This document shows positions 43,819 through 53,824 of a DNA stretch of 64,000 nucleotides, one piece after another. The stretch spans positions 4,997 to 68,996 of the forward strand of contig SIRW01000009.1 of the NCBI GenBank assembly GCA_004366205.1. Direction: 5' to 3'. A program made the translations under genes and the position numbers. The first letter of the stretch is position 1; every line of letters begins with the position of its first letter. This stretch comes from Actinomycetota bacterium (GTDB lineage Bacteria > Actinomycetota > Acidimicrobiia > Acidimicrobiales > CADCSY01). The notes beneath the pieces were generated by a model. That model did no database searches, was not told the origin of the DNA, and saw nothing but the letters and a program-made list of their open reading frames with translations.

Positions 43819-45178
43819 CCAGCCGGCCCTTGCCCTCGCCCTTGGCCCGGCGAAGCTCGACGTCGGCGGCGTCGAGCACGTCGTCGGGGTCGGCGCCGAG
43901 CTCGACGAAGGTGAGCCCGGCGCTCATCCCGACCTGCACGGTCGTGCCCTCGATCGAGATCGGGCGGCTTGCGGCCTCGATCAGCCGGCCGGCCAGCTCC
44001 TCGGCGGCGTCGTGGCCGTCGAGGCCCGGGCACAGCACGGCGAACTCGTCGCCGCCGAGGCGGGCCACCACGTCGCCCGGGCGGAGCGCCCCGGCGAGCC
44101 GCTGGGCGACGACGGCGAGCACCCGGTCGCCGAACCCGTGGCCGTGCACGTCGTTCACCGGCTTGAAGTCGTCGAGGTCGAGGTAGAGCAGGGCGCTGCG
44201 GCCGAGCGGATGACCGCCACCGGTGGTGACGCCGCGCAGCTGGTCGAGGAACGACCGGCGGTTCTCGAGCCCCGTGAGGGGATCGTGGTCGGCCGCCCAC
44301 TCCAGTGCCGTGCGCCCGTCGTGCCACTGCAGGGCGAGGGCGACCAGGTCGGCGGCCTCGGCGACGGTCTGACGGACGAGCACGCTGAACGGAGCCGGGT
44401 CGCGCTTCCACACCGCCACGACGGCCGTGGGAGACGCGTCGCCGCGTCCGGGTACGGGGTGGGCCCACACCCCGGTCATGCCGTGGCCGGCCGCCGCCTC
44501 GCGGGCCGGGGCGGGCAGGCTGTCGAGGGTGTCGACGGCTACGGGGCTCGCCGCCGTCATGGCTTCCACCCACGGTCGCCGTCCGGGGCCGGGACGGTCC
44601 GCCGCGAGCGGCCCGGGCCCCGCGGCGGTCACCGCCGCGAAGCGGTCGCCGCTCCAGCCGTGGGCGATCTCGACGGTGGTGCCCGTCAGGTCGGCGGCGA
44701 GCAGGTGCGCCAGGTCGGTGAGCACCTCGTCGAGCGCCGCGCCCGCCGCCATGGCCCGCACGGCGGCCCGCAGGGAGCGTGCGGTGCCCCCGCGGCGGAT
44801 CTGCACGACGTAGTCGCGCAGGCCCGTCCGGGCGGGCGTGGCGACCGAGAGCTCGCAGGGGACGATGGAGCCGTCGGCGGCGACGAGGTCCATCGGCATG
44901 CCGCCGGCGACCCGTGTGCGGGTGCGGTCGACGCCGGCGTGGGCGCTGATGCTCGAGAAGCCCTCCATCGCCAACCCATGGTGATGGGGGGCGATGAGCT
45001 CGATCATGTTCCGGCCCACGACGTCGGCGGGGCTGTACCCCAACAGCTCGCTGACCGAGGCGCTGACCCACACGATGGTCCCGCGGCCGTCGACGATGCC
45101 GAACGGGCTCAGCGCCGTCTCGGCGATGACCCCGTAGGGAGGCTCGAAGGACGCCGCGGGCGGCGACGAAGTGGGCAT
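43796..45178 (-). CDS. PAS / GAF-like / GGDEF diguanylate cyclase
   Basis: PAS (GTIVWVSASVSELLGYSP) and a C-terminal GGDEF domain with the canonical RLGGDEFAVL motif. Confidence 0.8.
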   Translation of the reverse strand: MPTSSPPAASFEPPYGVIAETALSPFGIVDGRGTIVWVSASVSELLGYSPADVVGRNMIELIAPHHHGLAMEGFSSISAHAGVDRTRTRVAGGMPMDLVAADGSIVPCELSVATPARTGLRDYVVQIRRGGTARSLRAAVRAMAAGAALDEVLTDLAHLLAADLTGTTVEIAHGWSGDRFAAVTAAGPGPLAADRPGPGRRPWVEAMTAASPVAVDTLDSLPAPAREAAAGHGMTGVWAHPVPGRGDASPTAVVAVWKRDPAPFSVLVRQTVAEAADLVALALQWHDGRTALEWAADHDPLTGLENRRSFLDQLRGVTTGGGHPLGRSALLYLDLDDFKPVNDVHGHGFGDRVLAVVAQRLAGALRPGDVVARLGGDEFAVLCPGLDGHDAAEELAGRLIEAASRPISIEGTTVQVGMSAGLTFVELGADPDDVLDAADVELRRAKGEGKGRLASPPRPR

Positions 45179-45217
45179 CGGTGGGTCCTCGACGGGAGTG
45201 TAGGAGCGGACGCGTGC

Positions 45218-46558
45218 CTACACCGCTCGGCGTGGCCGAACCGGCGGCGATGTGCCCGGATCCTCCGGGATCGCGGCGCGGGACCGGTCTCGGTGCGCGT
45301 GCCACAGGGTCGAGAGGAACCGCTCGACGCCCTCGATGACGCGGGCGCTGCGGAACGAGGGGAACACGTCGAAGGCGTGCTGGGCGCCCTGCATCTCGGC
45401 GTAGAGGACGGGCTGGCGGGAAACGGCGCGCAGGCGCTCGACGAACAGCCGGGCGTCCTCGACGGGCGCGAGGGTGTCGCGGTCGCCGTGGATGACGAGG
45501 AACGGCGGGGCGCCGTCGTGGACCCGGTCGATGGGTGAGGCGGCGGCGAAGCGCTCGGGCTCGTCGGCGAGGAAGCCCTTCATCACCCACGGCTCGATCA
45601 GCCGGTGAAGGAACTCGGGAGGCATGGTGCCGAGCCGGTTCGTGAAGTCGTACACGCCGTAGAAGGGCACAGCCGCCTGCACGCCGGTGTCGGCATCCTC
45701 GAAGCCGGGTTGCAGGCTGCGGTCGCCGGCGGTGAGGGCCACCATGGCCGCCAGGTGCCCGCCGGCCGAGCCGCCGGTCACGGCCACGAAGCCCGGGTCG
45801 ACCTCGTACTCACCGGCGTGCTCGCGCAGCCAGGCGATCGCCCGCTTGCAGTCGACGAGGTGGTCGGGGAACGTCGCCGCCGGGCTGAGCCGGTAGTTCA
45901 CGTTGAAGCCGACCCAGCCGTTGGCGGCCAGGTGGTTCAGCAGGGGCAGCCCCTGCTCGCGCTTGTCGCCCAGCACCCACGCCCCGCCGTGGATCTGCAC
46001 GACGGCGGGGCGGGGCCCGCCGTCGTCCCGCGGTGGCAGGTACACGTCGAGGCGCAGCCGGCGCCCGCCGGCCCGGCCGTACTCGACGTCGCGGATCCGG
46101 CGCACCCCCCGCCGGCGGGTCGCCAGCACCGGCAGCAGCACGTGGCTGCGGGGAAAGCGGGGGGCGTCGTCGCCGGGCTCGAGCTCGGCCAGGCTCTCGC
46201 GCATGATCAGCACGGTGCGGCGGGTGGCGGCGCCCAGCACGATCAGGCCCGCCACCGACGCGCCGTTGAGCCCGAGCGCGACCCAGCCGGCCAGGGAGTC
46301 GAGGGCGCCGAGGGCGACGAAGACGCCGATGATCACGAGCTGGGCGAGCACGTGGTGGTGGAACAGCTCGACGGTGAACCACGACGCCATGAAGCTGGGG
46401 AGCTGCAGCCAGCCCCGCTTCACCGGCCGGAACGCGTTGAGCGTGAGCAGCAGGGCGACGCTGCTGACCGCGAGGAACAGCCATCCCACGCCCCCAGTCT
46501 GCGCTCCGGTGGTCGCCGGCGCCGATTCCTCGAGCCGAATCCCATGGATTGGCGGCAT
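45218..46558 (-). CDS. Membrane-anchored alpha/beta hydrolase (esterase/lipase, HGG type)
   Basis: N-terminal TM helices, oxyanion motif HGGAW, nucleophile GGSAGGH. Confidence 0.8.
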   Translation of the reverse strand: MPPIHGIRLEESAPATTGAQTGGVGWLFLAVSSVALLLTLNAFRPVKRGWLQLPSFMASWFTVELFHHHVLAQLVIIGVFVALGALDSLAGWVALGLNGASVAGLIVLGAATRRTVLIMRESLAELEPGDDAPRFPRSHVLLPVLATRRRGVRRIRDVEYGRAGGRRLRLDVYLPPRDDGGPRPAVVQIHGGAWVLGDKREQGLPLLNHLAANGWVGFNVNYRLSPAATFPDHLVDCKRAIAWLREHAGEYEVDPGFVAVTGGSAGGHLAAMVALTAGDRSLQPGFEDADTGVQAAVPFYGVYDFTNRLGTMPPEFLHRLIEPWVMKGFLADEPERFAAASPIDRVHDGAPPFLVIHGDRDTLAPVEDARLFVERLRAVSRQPVLYAEMQGAQHAFDVFPSFRSARVIEGVERFLSTLWHAHRDRSRAAIPEDPGTSPPVRPRRAV

Positions 46559-46584
46559 CGCGCCCGCCCGGTCAGCATGATCCG

Positions 46585-47154
46585 ATGCTCACGTTCCCCC
46601 AGCCACCGGATCGGGCGCTCCGCCGGGCGGCGCTGCTGCTCTCCGTGCTCCCGCTGCTGCTCGCTCCCGCCGCGTGCGGCGGCGAAGCCGCCGAGGACGC
46701 CGGCGTGCCCGAGACCACCGTCCCGGCCGCGGAGGAGCCGCCGGGGGTGGCCGACCCGTGCGAGCTGTTGTCGGCCGAGGAGGTCCGGGAGGTGACCGGC
46801 GTCGAGGTGCTCGTGCCGGAGGCGACGGGCGTGAGCATCTGCCAGTGGCAGCCCGTCGACGCCGTCGAGCGCGCCATGCTGGTGAACGTCGCCCTGCTGC
46901 CCTACGAGGGGGGCGCCGAGCCCGATGCCGTGTGCGCCCAGACGGCCGCGGCCGTCGGCGAGGTCGACGAGCTCGACCGCTTCGCCGTCCCCGCCTTCAC
47001 CTCGACCTCGGGTGAGGGGTCGCTGCGGACCGTGCAGCTGGCCGTGTGCCCGGACCCCGCCGTGCTCATCGTCACCGTCGTCGGCGGCGAGGACGACGGC
47101 GCCCGCGTCGAGGCGGCCGTCGCCCTGGCCGAGCTGGCCCTGCCCCGCCTGTAG
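46585..47154 (+). CDS. Lipoprotein, DUF3558-like
   Basis: Signal peptide with lipobox LAPAACGG. The DPCELLSAEEV motif is typical of DUF3558. The start could be 46549 or 46585. Confidence 0.6.
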   Translation: MLTFPQPPDRALRRAALLLSVLPLLLAPAACGGEAAEDAGVPETTVPAAEEPPGVADPCELLSAEEVREVTGVEVLVPEATGVSICQWQPVDAVERAMLVNVALLPYEGGAEPDAVCAQTAAAVGEVDELDRFAVPAFTSTSGEGSLRTVQLAVCPDPAVLIVTVVGGEDDGARVEAAVALAELALPRL

Positions 47155-47163
47155 CCGGTCGGG

Positions 47164-48357
47164 TCAGCGGGCGTCGAAGGCCAGCTCGAACGAGCGCACC
47201 GCCCCCACGAACACGTTGGGCTCGATGTCCGGCTCGGTCACCACGCGCAGGTTGGTCAGCCGGCTGGTGAGGGCCTCCATCAGGATGCGCAGCTCGAGGC
47301 GGGCGAGCGACGCCCCCAGGCAGAAGTGGGTGCCGAACCCGAACGCCACGTGGTGGTTGGGGTCGCGGGTGACGTCGAACCGGTACGGGTCGTCGAACAC
47401 GTCCTCGTCGCGGTTCGCGGACGGGTAGAGGAGGATCACCCGGTCGCCGGCGGCCACATCGACGCCGCGCACGGTGGTGTCCTCGGTGGCGGTGCGAAAG
47501 AAGTTGTTGAGCGGCGTGACCCAGCGGATCATCTCCTCGACGGCGGTGGGGATGCGCTCGGGTTCGGCGGCGAGCAGCTCCCACTGGTCGGGGTGCCGGC
47601 AGAGCTCCCACAGCGACCGGGCGATGACGGTGCGGGTGGTCTCGGCGCCGCCGGAGATGAACAGGCCGGTCTCGTGCATGATCGTCTCGTCGCTCATGGG
47701 GCACCCGCCGAGCTCGGCGTTGGCCCACACCGACACGAGGTCGCCGGTGGGCTCGTCGCGCCGGGCCTTCACCATCTCCTGGAGCTCGCCGTTGAACTCC
47801 ATGATGGCCGTCATCATGCCCATCCCCGCGTCGGGGTCGTGCCGGATCTGGTCGTAGCGCATGAGCCGCTCGGACCAGGACTGGATGGCGGGCCAGCGCT
47901 CCTCGGGGTAGCCGAGCATGTGGGCGGTCAGGCGGGCCGGCAGCTGGGCGGCGAGGTCGCCGACCACCTCCATCCCGCCCCGGGCGGCGGCGGCGTCGAC
48001 GAGCTCGGCGACGAGCCGGCGGATCTCGGGCTCGTAGGCCCGCACCCCCGCCGGCGTGAACCGGCGAGACACGAGCCGGCGCTGCTCGGCGTGCTCGGGG
48101 TCGTCCTTGGCGATCATGTTCGTCTCGCCGGGGGAGTGGAAGCTGCGGTAGCCGAGACCGCTGCAGAACACCTGCGCCCGCCGCTCGACGTCGATGACGT
48201 CGGCGTGGCGGGTCACCGCCCACAGGCCGTTCTGCTCGTCGCGGTACACCGGCTCGTTCGACCGCATCCACCGGAACGCCTCGTGCATGCCCTCGAGGTC
48301 GCCGTAGAAGGCGGGGTCGAGCAGGTCGTACGTCGGTCGGGCGCTCGTCGTTGACAT
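47164..48357 (-). CDS. Cytochrome P450
   Basis: I-helix GGAETTR, ExxR, and haem loop FGFGTHFCLGASLARLE. Confidence 0.9.
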   Translation of the reverse strand: MSTTSARPTYDLLDPAFYGDLEGMHEAFRWMRSNEPVYRDEQNGLWAVTRHADVIDVERRAQVFCSGLGYRSFHSPGETNMIAKDDPEHAEQRRLVSRRFTPAGVRAYEPEIRRLVAELVDAAAARGGMEVVGDLAAQLPARLTAHMLGYPEERWPAIQSWSERLMRYDQIRHDPDAGMGMMTAIMEFNGELQEMVKARRDEPTGDLVSVWANAELGGCPMSDETIMHETGLFISGGAETTRTVIARSLWELCRHPDQWELLAAEPERIPTAVEEMIRWVTPLNNFFRTATEDTTVRGVDVAAGDRVILLYPSANRDEDVFDDPYRFDVTRDPNHHVAFGFGTHFCLGASLARLELRILMEALTSRLTNLRVVTEPDIEPNVFVGAVRSFELAFDAR

Positions 48358-48445
48358 CGGCGTCAGTCTAGTGGCGGACCCGACAGGCGCCTGTCGCCCC
48401 GCGCGGCGGTTCGGCTACGAAGCGTGCGAGGATGGGTGGGTGCCG

Positions 48446-50896
48446 ATGGCTGAGGGCAGTGGATCGCCTCCCGGTCTGGCGGGCGAGGATCGCGAGCGGA
48501 TGTTCGCCACGCTGCTCGCCAACCTGCCCGGCATGGCCTACCGCTGCCGCGACGACGAGCGCTACACGGCCGAGTTCGTGAGCGAGGGCTGCATCGCCCT
48601 CACCGGCTACGCCGCCGAAGCCTTCACGAGCGGCAACGTCGGCCTCGGGGACCTGATCGAGGAGGCCGACCGGCCCGGCGTCGACCGGGAGGTCCGCGCC
48701 GCGCGCCGGGAGGGGCGACCGTTCCGGGTGCGCTACCGCCTGCGGCGCGCCGACGGCGCCGTTCGATGGGTCTGGGAGCAGGGGCGGTACGTGCTCGACG
48801 GCACGGGCGACGGCGAGCACATCGAGGGCTTCATCGCCGACATCACCCAGATGATCCAGGTCCGGGAGTCGCTCGCCGAGAGCGAGGCGCGCTACCGCCG
48901 GCTCGTCGAGGCGTCGCCGATCGCCATCGTCCTGTCGCAGCGGGGCCGGGTGCTGTTCGCGAACGAAGCGGCGGCGCGCGTGTGGGGCTGTCCTGCCAGC
49001 GCGCTGATCGGCCGGGACGTGACCGAGCGCCTCCACCCTGATGACCTCCCCCAGGCGCTCGAAGCGGTGCGGCGTACCGAGGGCGAGGGCCGTGACGTGC
49101 CGGTGCAGGAGTACCGCCTGGTGCTCGACGACGGTTCGGTGCGCGAGGTCGAGGTCATCGCCGTGGCCGCCCGCCATGAGGGTCGCCCGGCCACCCAGAT
49201 CATGGTGTGGGACGTCTCCGCCGCCCGCAGCGAGGAGCGCCTGCGGGCCGACCAGGCTGCGGTGCTCGAGCGCATCGCCGCTGGCCGCAGGCTCGAGGAG
49301 ACCTTCGCCACGATCGCGGCGATGGTGGAGGCCCGGCTGCCCGGCACGCGCTGTGCGATCCGGCTGGGAGCGGACCCGCCGACCGGGGACAGCGACGACG
49401 CTGGTGAGGCCGTGGTCCGGGAGGTGATCCGCAACCACGGCGGCGACGTGGTCGCCCACCTCGTGCTCGAGCGCGCCGAGGCCCGCGCCGGCGACGCCGA
49501 GCGCGTCAAGGCCGAGCAGGCGACCCTCGCGCACTTCGCGCACCTCGTGGCGATCGCCGTCGAGCACCACACCATGCACCGGCGCCTGGCCCACGAGGCG
49601 ACCCACGATCACCTCACCGGCCTGCCCAACCGGGCGCAGCTGCTGGCCTACCTGCGCGAGGCGCTCGGCGGTCACCACCGGACACAGGTAGCGGTGCTCT
49701 TCTGCGACATCGATGACTTCAAGCGGGTGAACGACAGCTTCGGTCACGCCGCCGGCGACAGCGTGCTGCGGCGGGTCGCGGGCCTGGTGCAGGCGAGCAT
49801 CCGCCACGAGGACCTGCTCGCCCGCTTCTCGGGCGACGAGCTGGTGGTCGTCTGCAGCGGCCTCGACGCACCCGATCAGGTCGTGGCCGTCGCCGAGCGG
49901 ATCCGGCGGACCCTCGAGGAACCCATCTGGGTCGTGGGCGTGGAGCTGCGGGTGTCGGTGAGCATCGGCATCGCCGTCGGACAGCCCGGCGATCCACCCG
50001 AGCTCGTGCTCGCCAACGCCGATGCGGCCATGTACCGCGCCAAGGAGCAGGGGCCCGGACGAATCGAGCTGTTCGACGCCCGCCTGCGGGAGCGAGCCAT
50101 CGAGCGCATCCAGATCGAGGCCGGGCTGCGCGGCGCCGTCGACCGTGACGAGATCGAGGTGCACTACCAGCCTCTCGTCGCACTCGCCGGCGGCGAGGTC
50201 GTGGGCGCCGAGGCGCTCCTGCGCTGGCGGCACCCCGAGCTCGGCCCGCTCGAGCCAGCGCGCGTCATCGGTGTCGCCGAGCACACCGGGCTCATCCGGC
50301 CGCTCGGGGCGCGGGTGCTCGAGCGGGTCTGCCGGGACCTGCGGGCCTGGGAGGCGGCGGGTCTGGTGCCGTCGGGCTTCAGCGTGTGCGTGAACCTGTC
50401 ACCCCGCGAGCTGGCCGAGCCCGACCTCGTCTCGACGGTGGGCGAGGCCCTGGTGCGCACCGGCGTCGAGCCCGCACGGCTCTCGTTCGAGATCACCGAG
50501 GACGCGGTGATGGGTGAGCCCGAGCTCGCCGCCGTGCGGCTCGACGCCATGAAGCAGCTCGGCGTGCTCCTCGCCGTCGACGACTTTGGCACCGGCTACT
50601 CGTCGCTCGCGTACCTCAAGCGGTTCCCGATCGACTGGCTGAAGATCGACCGCGGCTTCATCGACGGCGTGGGGACCGACACCAACGACACCGCCATCGT
50701 CCAGGCCATCCTCGAGATGACCCGCACCCTCGGCCTCACCGCCGTGGCCGAGGGCGTGGAGACGCCGTTGCAGGCCAAGGTGCTCCGCCAGATGGGCTGC
50801 ACGCTGGCCCAGGGATGGTTGTGGTCGCCCGCCGTCGAGGCGGGTGAGCTGACGGAGGTGCTGCGGGCAGGCCGGCTCAGCGCGCGCCGCGGCTGA
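48446..50896 (+). CDS. PAS-PAS-GGDEF(degenerate)-EAL protein, probably a c-di-GMP phosphodiesterase
   Basis: Two PAS units. The GGDEF-domain motif reads SGDEL. EAL domain with EALLRW and DDFGTGYSSL. Start is either ATG 48446 or the track start at 48371. Confidence 0.8.
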   Translation: MAEGSGSPPGLAGEDRERMFATLLANLPGMAYRCRDDERYTAEFVSEGCIALTGYAAEAFTSGNVGLGDLIEEADRPGVDREVRAARREGRPFRVRYRLRRADGAVRWVWEQGRYVLDGTGDGEHIEGFIADITQMIQVRESLAESEARYRRLVEASPIAIVLSQRGRVLFANEAAARVWGCPASALIGRDVTERLHPDDLPQALEAVRRTEGEGRDVPVQEYRLVLDDGSVREVEVIAVAARHEGRPATQIMVWDVSAARSEERLRADQAAVLERIAAGRRLEETFATIAAMVEARLPGTRCAIRLGADPPTGDSDDAGEAVVREVIRNHGGDVVAHLVLERAEARAGDAERVKAEQATLAHFAHLVAIAVEHHTMHRRLAHEATHDHLTGLPNRAQLLAYLREALGGHHRTQVAVLFCDIDDFKRVNDSFGHAAGDSVLRRVAGLVQASIRHEDLLARFSGDELVVVCSGLDAPDQVVAVAERIRRTLEEPIWVVGVELRVSVSIGIAVGQPGDPPELVLANADAAMYRAKEQGPGRIELFDARLRERAIERIQIEAGLRGAVDRDEIEVHYQPLVALAGGEVVGAEALLRWRHPELGPLEPARVIGVAEHTGLIRPLGARVLERVCRDLRAWEAAGLVPSGFSVCVNLSPRELAEPDLVSTVGEALVRTGVEPARLSFEITEDAVMGEPELAAVRLDAMKQLGVLLAVDDFGTGYSSLAYLKRFPIDWLKIDRGFIDGVGTDTNDTAIVQAILEMTRTLGLTAVAEGVETPLQAKVLRQMGCTLAQGWLWSPAVEAGELTEVLRAGRLSARRG

Positions 50897-51482
50897 GCGT
50901 GCGGCCCCAGGCCTCGACGCTGGCGCGCAGCGACGCCGTCGTGAGGGCGACGAAGTCGTCGTCGCGGTCGGGGTCGCCGTCGTCGAGCCAGTTCAGCGTG
51001 GCCTCGACCAGCATCCCGACGATGGTCTCGGCCGCCCAGCGGTGCAGGGCCGGGTCGGGCAGCGCCGGGGCGAGCACCTGGCGGGCCGCCTCGACGGCGA
51101 GCTCGCGGAACCGCTCGGCGTGGTCGGCGAATGCGGGCTCGCGGGCCGCGTGGCGCCACAGCAGGCGGAACCCGTCGGGGTTCTCGCGCGCCACGGTCAG
51201 GTAGGCCGTGGCCGACACGCCGCTGCGGGGCCCGTCGCGCCAGCCCTCGGCGAACTCCTCGGCGAGGCGGGTGGAGACCTGCTCGAGCACGGCCCGGTAC
51301 AGGTCCTGCTTGGAGTCGAAGTGGCGGTAGACGATCAGCTTGGTGACGCCGGCAGCCGCGGCCACGTCGTCCATCGACGTGCCGGCGAAGCCGGCGCGGG
51401 CGAAGGCGGTGGCGGCGGCGCGCAGCACCTGGGCCTGGCGCTCGGCCCGCGGGAGGAGCCGGCTGGCGGTGGTCGTGGCCAT
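50877..51482 (-). CDS. TetR family transcriptional regulator
   Basis: ATG 51482. HTH FAGTSMDDVAAAAGVTKLIVYRHFDSKQDLY. Confidence 0.85.
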   Translation of the reverse strand: MATTTASRLLPRAERQAQVLRAAATAFARAGFAGTSMDDVAAAAGVTKLIVYRHFDSKQDLYRAVLEQVSTRLAEEFAEGWRDGPRSGVSATAYLTVARENPDGFRLLWRHAAREPAFADHAERFRELAVEAARQVLAPALPDPALHRWAAETIVGMLVEATLNWLDDGDPDRDDDFVALTTASLRASVEAWGRTLSRGAR

Positions 51483-51484
51483 TG

Positions 51485-51502
51485 GTATACTGGCGAGTAT
51501 AC
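51485..51502. promoter_or_regulatory. Candidate TetR operator GTATAC-N6-GTATAC
   Basis: Two palindromic hexamers in a low-GC patch, directly abutting the TetR start and 47 nt upstream of the LLM start. Confidence 0.4.
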
Positions 51503-51548
51503 ACCTGCGGGTTGACACCCGCCGTCGCTGGGAGGAGAGGGGACCCCG

Positions 51549-52922
51549 TTGAAGTTCGGCATCTTCTACGAGCACCAGCTGCCCCGCCCGTGGGGCGAGG
51601 ACGACGAGTACCAGCTGCTGCAGGACGCCCTCGAGCAGTGCGAGCTCGCCGACCGCCTCGGCTTCGACTACGTCTGGGAGGTCGAGCACCACTTCCTCGA
51701 GGAGTACAGCCACTCCTCGGCGCCCGAGGTGTTCCTGGCCGCCGTCTCGCAGCGCACCAAGAACCTGCGCCTGGGCCACGGCATCGTGCAGACCCCGCCG
51801 CCGTTCAACCACCCCGCCCGGGTCGCCGAGCGCATCGCCACCCTCGACCTCATCTCCGGCGGCCGGGCCGACTTCGGCACCGGCGAGTCCTCCAGCGAGG
51901 CCGAGCTCGGCGGGTTCGAGATCGACCCGGCCCACAAGCGCGAGATGTGGGAGGAGGGCCTGCGCGTCGCCCTGCGCTGCCTGACGGAGGAGCCCTTCAC
52001 CGGGCACTCCGGCAGGTGGGTCACGATGCCGCCCCGCAACGTCGTGCCCAAGCCTCGCCAGAAGCCGCACCCGCCGGTGTGGGTGGCGTGCAGCCGGCGC
52101 GACACCATCAAGCTGGCTGCCCGCAAGGGCATCGGCGCCCTGTCGTTCTCGTTCATCAACCCCGAGGAGGCGGCCCACTGGGTGAGCGAGTACCATGAGA
52201 CGCTCGAGGCCGAGGGCGTGCCCATCGGGGATGCCGTCAACCCCAACGTCGCCGCCGTCACCACCTTCATGTGCGCCCCCACCGAGGAGGAGGCCATCGC
52301 CCGGGGGGCCGAAGGGTCGAACTTCTTCGGCTACTCCCTCGCCCACTACTACGTGTTCGGACGGCACCAGCCGGGTCGCACCGACGTGTGGGCGGAGTTC
52401 TGCGCCCAGCGCGACGAGCAGGGCTTCTCACCCGACGCCGTCAGGGCGGCCGCCGCCAACCAGGACCGCCTGGGCGCCAAGGTGGTCGAGGGCAACGGCG
52501 GGTCGTCGGGCCTGCGCGGCGCCGTCGGCACGCCCGATCAGATCCGCGAGTACCTCCGGCGCTACGAGGAGGTCGGGGTCGACCAGGTCATCTTCGTGAG
52601 CCAGGCCGGCAAGAACCGCCACGAGGACATCATGGAGAGCCTCGAGCTGTTCGGGAAGGAGGTGCTGCCCGAGTTCAAAGAGCGCGACGAGAAGCTGTCG
52701 CGCGACAAAGAGCAGCGCCTGGCACCGGTGATCGACAAGGTCATGGCCCGCAAGCCCGCCGAGGACCACCCGCCGCTGCCCGACCCCGACTACGCCTTCC
52801 CGTCGATCCCGGTGGCCATGGCCGACCGGGTGGGCAACGACCAGTTCTACGCCGCGCTCGAGGACATCGGCAAGAAGCTCGCCCGAGGCGAGGGCGAGAG
52901 CTTCTTTTCGAACCTCGGCTGA
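51549..52922 (+). CDS. LLM-class (luciferase-like) flavin-dependent oxidoreductase
   Basis: TTG start preceded by GGGAGGAGAGGGG. MKFGIFYEHQLPRPW...VWEVEHHF is typical of LLM N-termini. Confidence 0.85.
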   Translation: MKFGIFYEHQLPRPWGEDDEYQLLQDALEQCELADRLGFDYVWEVEHHFLEEYSHSSAPEVFLAAVSQRTKNLRLGHGIVQTPPPFNHPARVAERIATLDLISGGRADFGTGESSSEAELGGFEIDPAHKREMWEEGLRVALRCLTEEPFTGHSGRWVTMPPRNVVPKPRQKPHPPVWVACSRRDTIKLAARKGIGALSFSFINPEEAAHWVSEYHETLEAEGVPIGDAVNPNVAAVTTFMCAPTEEEAIARGAEGSNFFGYSLAHYYVFGRHQPGRTDVWAEFCAQRDEQGFSPDAVRAAAANQDRLGAKVVEGNGGSSGLRGAVGTPDQIREYLRRYEEVGVDQVIFVSQAGKNRHEDIMESLELFGKEVLPEFKERDEKLSRDKEQRLAPVIDKVMARKPAEDHPPLPDPDYAFPSIPVAMADRVGNDQFYAALEDIGKKLARGEGESFFSNLG

Positions 52923-52954
52923 GCCCGACCGATCCAACCGAGAGGGGACACGAC

Positions 52955-53821
52955 ATGCAGGAGCTCGAGGGCCGCACCGCCGTCGTCACCGGGGCCGCCA
53001 GCGGCATCGGCAAGGCGCTGGCCGAGCGGTTCGCGGCCAGCGGCATGAACCTGGTGCTGGCCGACATCGAGGAGGGCCCTCTCGCCGAGGTCGCATCCAC
53101 GCTGCGCGACGGCGGCGTCAAGGTGCTCGACGTGCCCACCGACGTGTCCAAGGCCGCCGACGTCGACGCGCTGGCCGCCGCGGCCGACGAGGCCTTCGGG
53201 CCCGTCCACGTGCTGTGCAACAACGCCGGCGTGGGCGGCGGCGGGATGATCCACGACCTGAAGACCGAGGACTGGGAGTGGGTCATCAACGTCAACCTGT
53301 GGGGCGTCATCCACGGCCTGCGGGCGTTCCTGGGCGGCATGTACGCCCACGGCGAGGAGGGCCACGTCGTCAACACAGCCTCGCTCGCCGGGCTGTACTC
53401 GGCCCCGTTCATGGCGCCGTACTCGGCCACCAAGTTCGCGGTGGTGGCGATCTCCGAGGCGCTGCACCAGGAGGCGCTGCTGGCCGGGGGCCGCATCGGC
53501 GTGTCGGTGCTGTGCCCGGGGTGGGTGAACACCCGCATCCACGAGTCGAGCCGCAACCGGCCCGCCGAGCTGGGCGGCGACGCCGAGCGCGAGCGGGGCG
53601 ACAGCTTCGAGTTCATGGCCCAGATCCTCGCTGCGGGCATGCCGCCGGCGACGGTGGCCGAGCACGTCGAGCGTGCCATCCGCGAGAGGCGCTTCTACGT
53701 GATCACCCACCCCGAGATGCTCGGCGCCGTCGAAGAGCGCATGCGGAACATCGTCGAGGGCCGCACGCCCGAGCAGATGCAGTTCTCCGCCGGCCTGTTC
53801 GGCGGCGGCGGCGCCCGCTGA
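52955..53821 (+). CDS. SDR family oxidoreductase
   Basis: TGAASGIGKA, NNAGV and YSATK. Confidence 0.85.
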   Translation: MQELEGRTAVVTGAASGIGKALAERFAASGMNLVLADIEEGPLAEVASTLRDGGVKVLDVPTDVSKAADVDALAAAADEAFGPVHVLCNNAGVGGGGMIHDLKTEDWEWVINVNLWGVIHGLRAFLGGMYAHGEEGHVVNTASLAGLYSAPFMAPYSATKFAVVAISEALHQEALLAGGRIGVSVLCPGWVNTRIHESSRNRPAELGGDAERERGDSFEFMAQILAAGMPPATVAEHVERAIRERRFYVITHPEMLGAVEERMRNIVEGRTPEQMQFSAGLFGGGGAR

Positions 53822-53824
53822 TCC

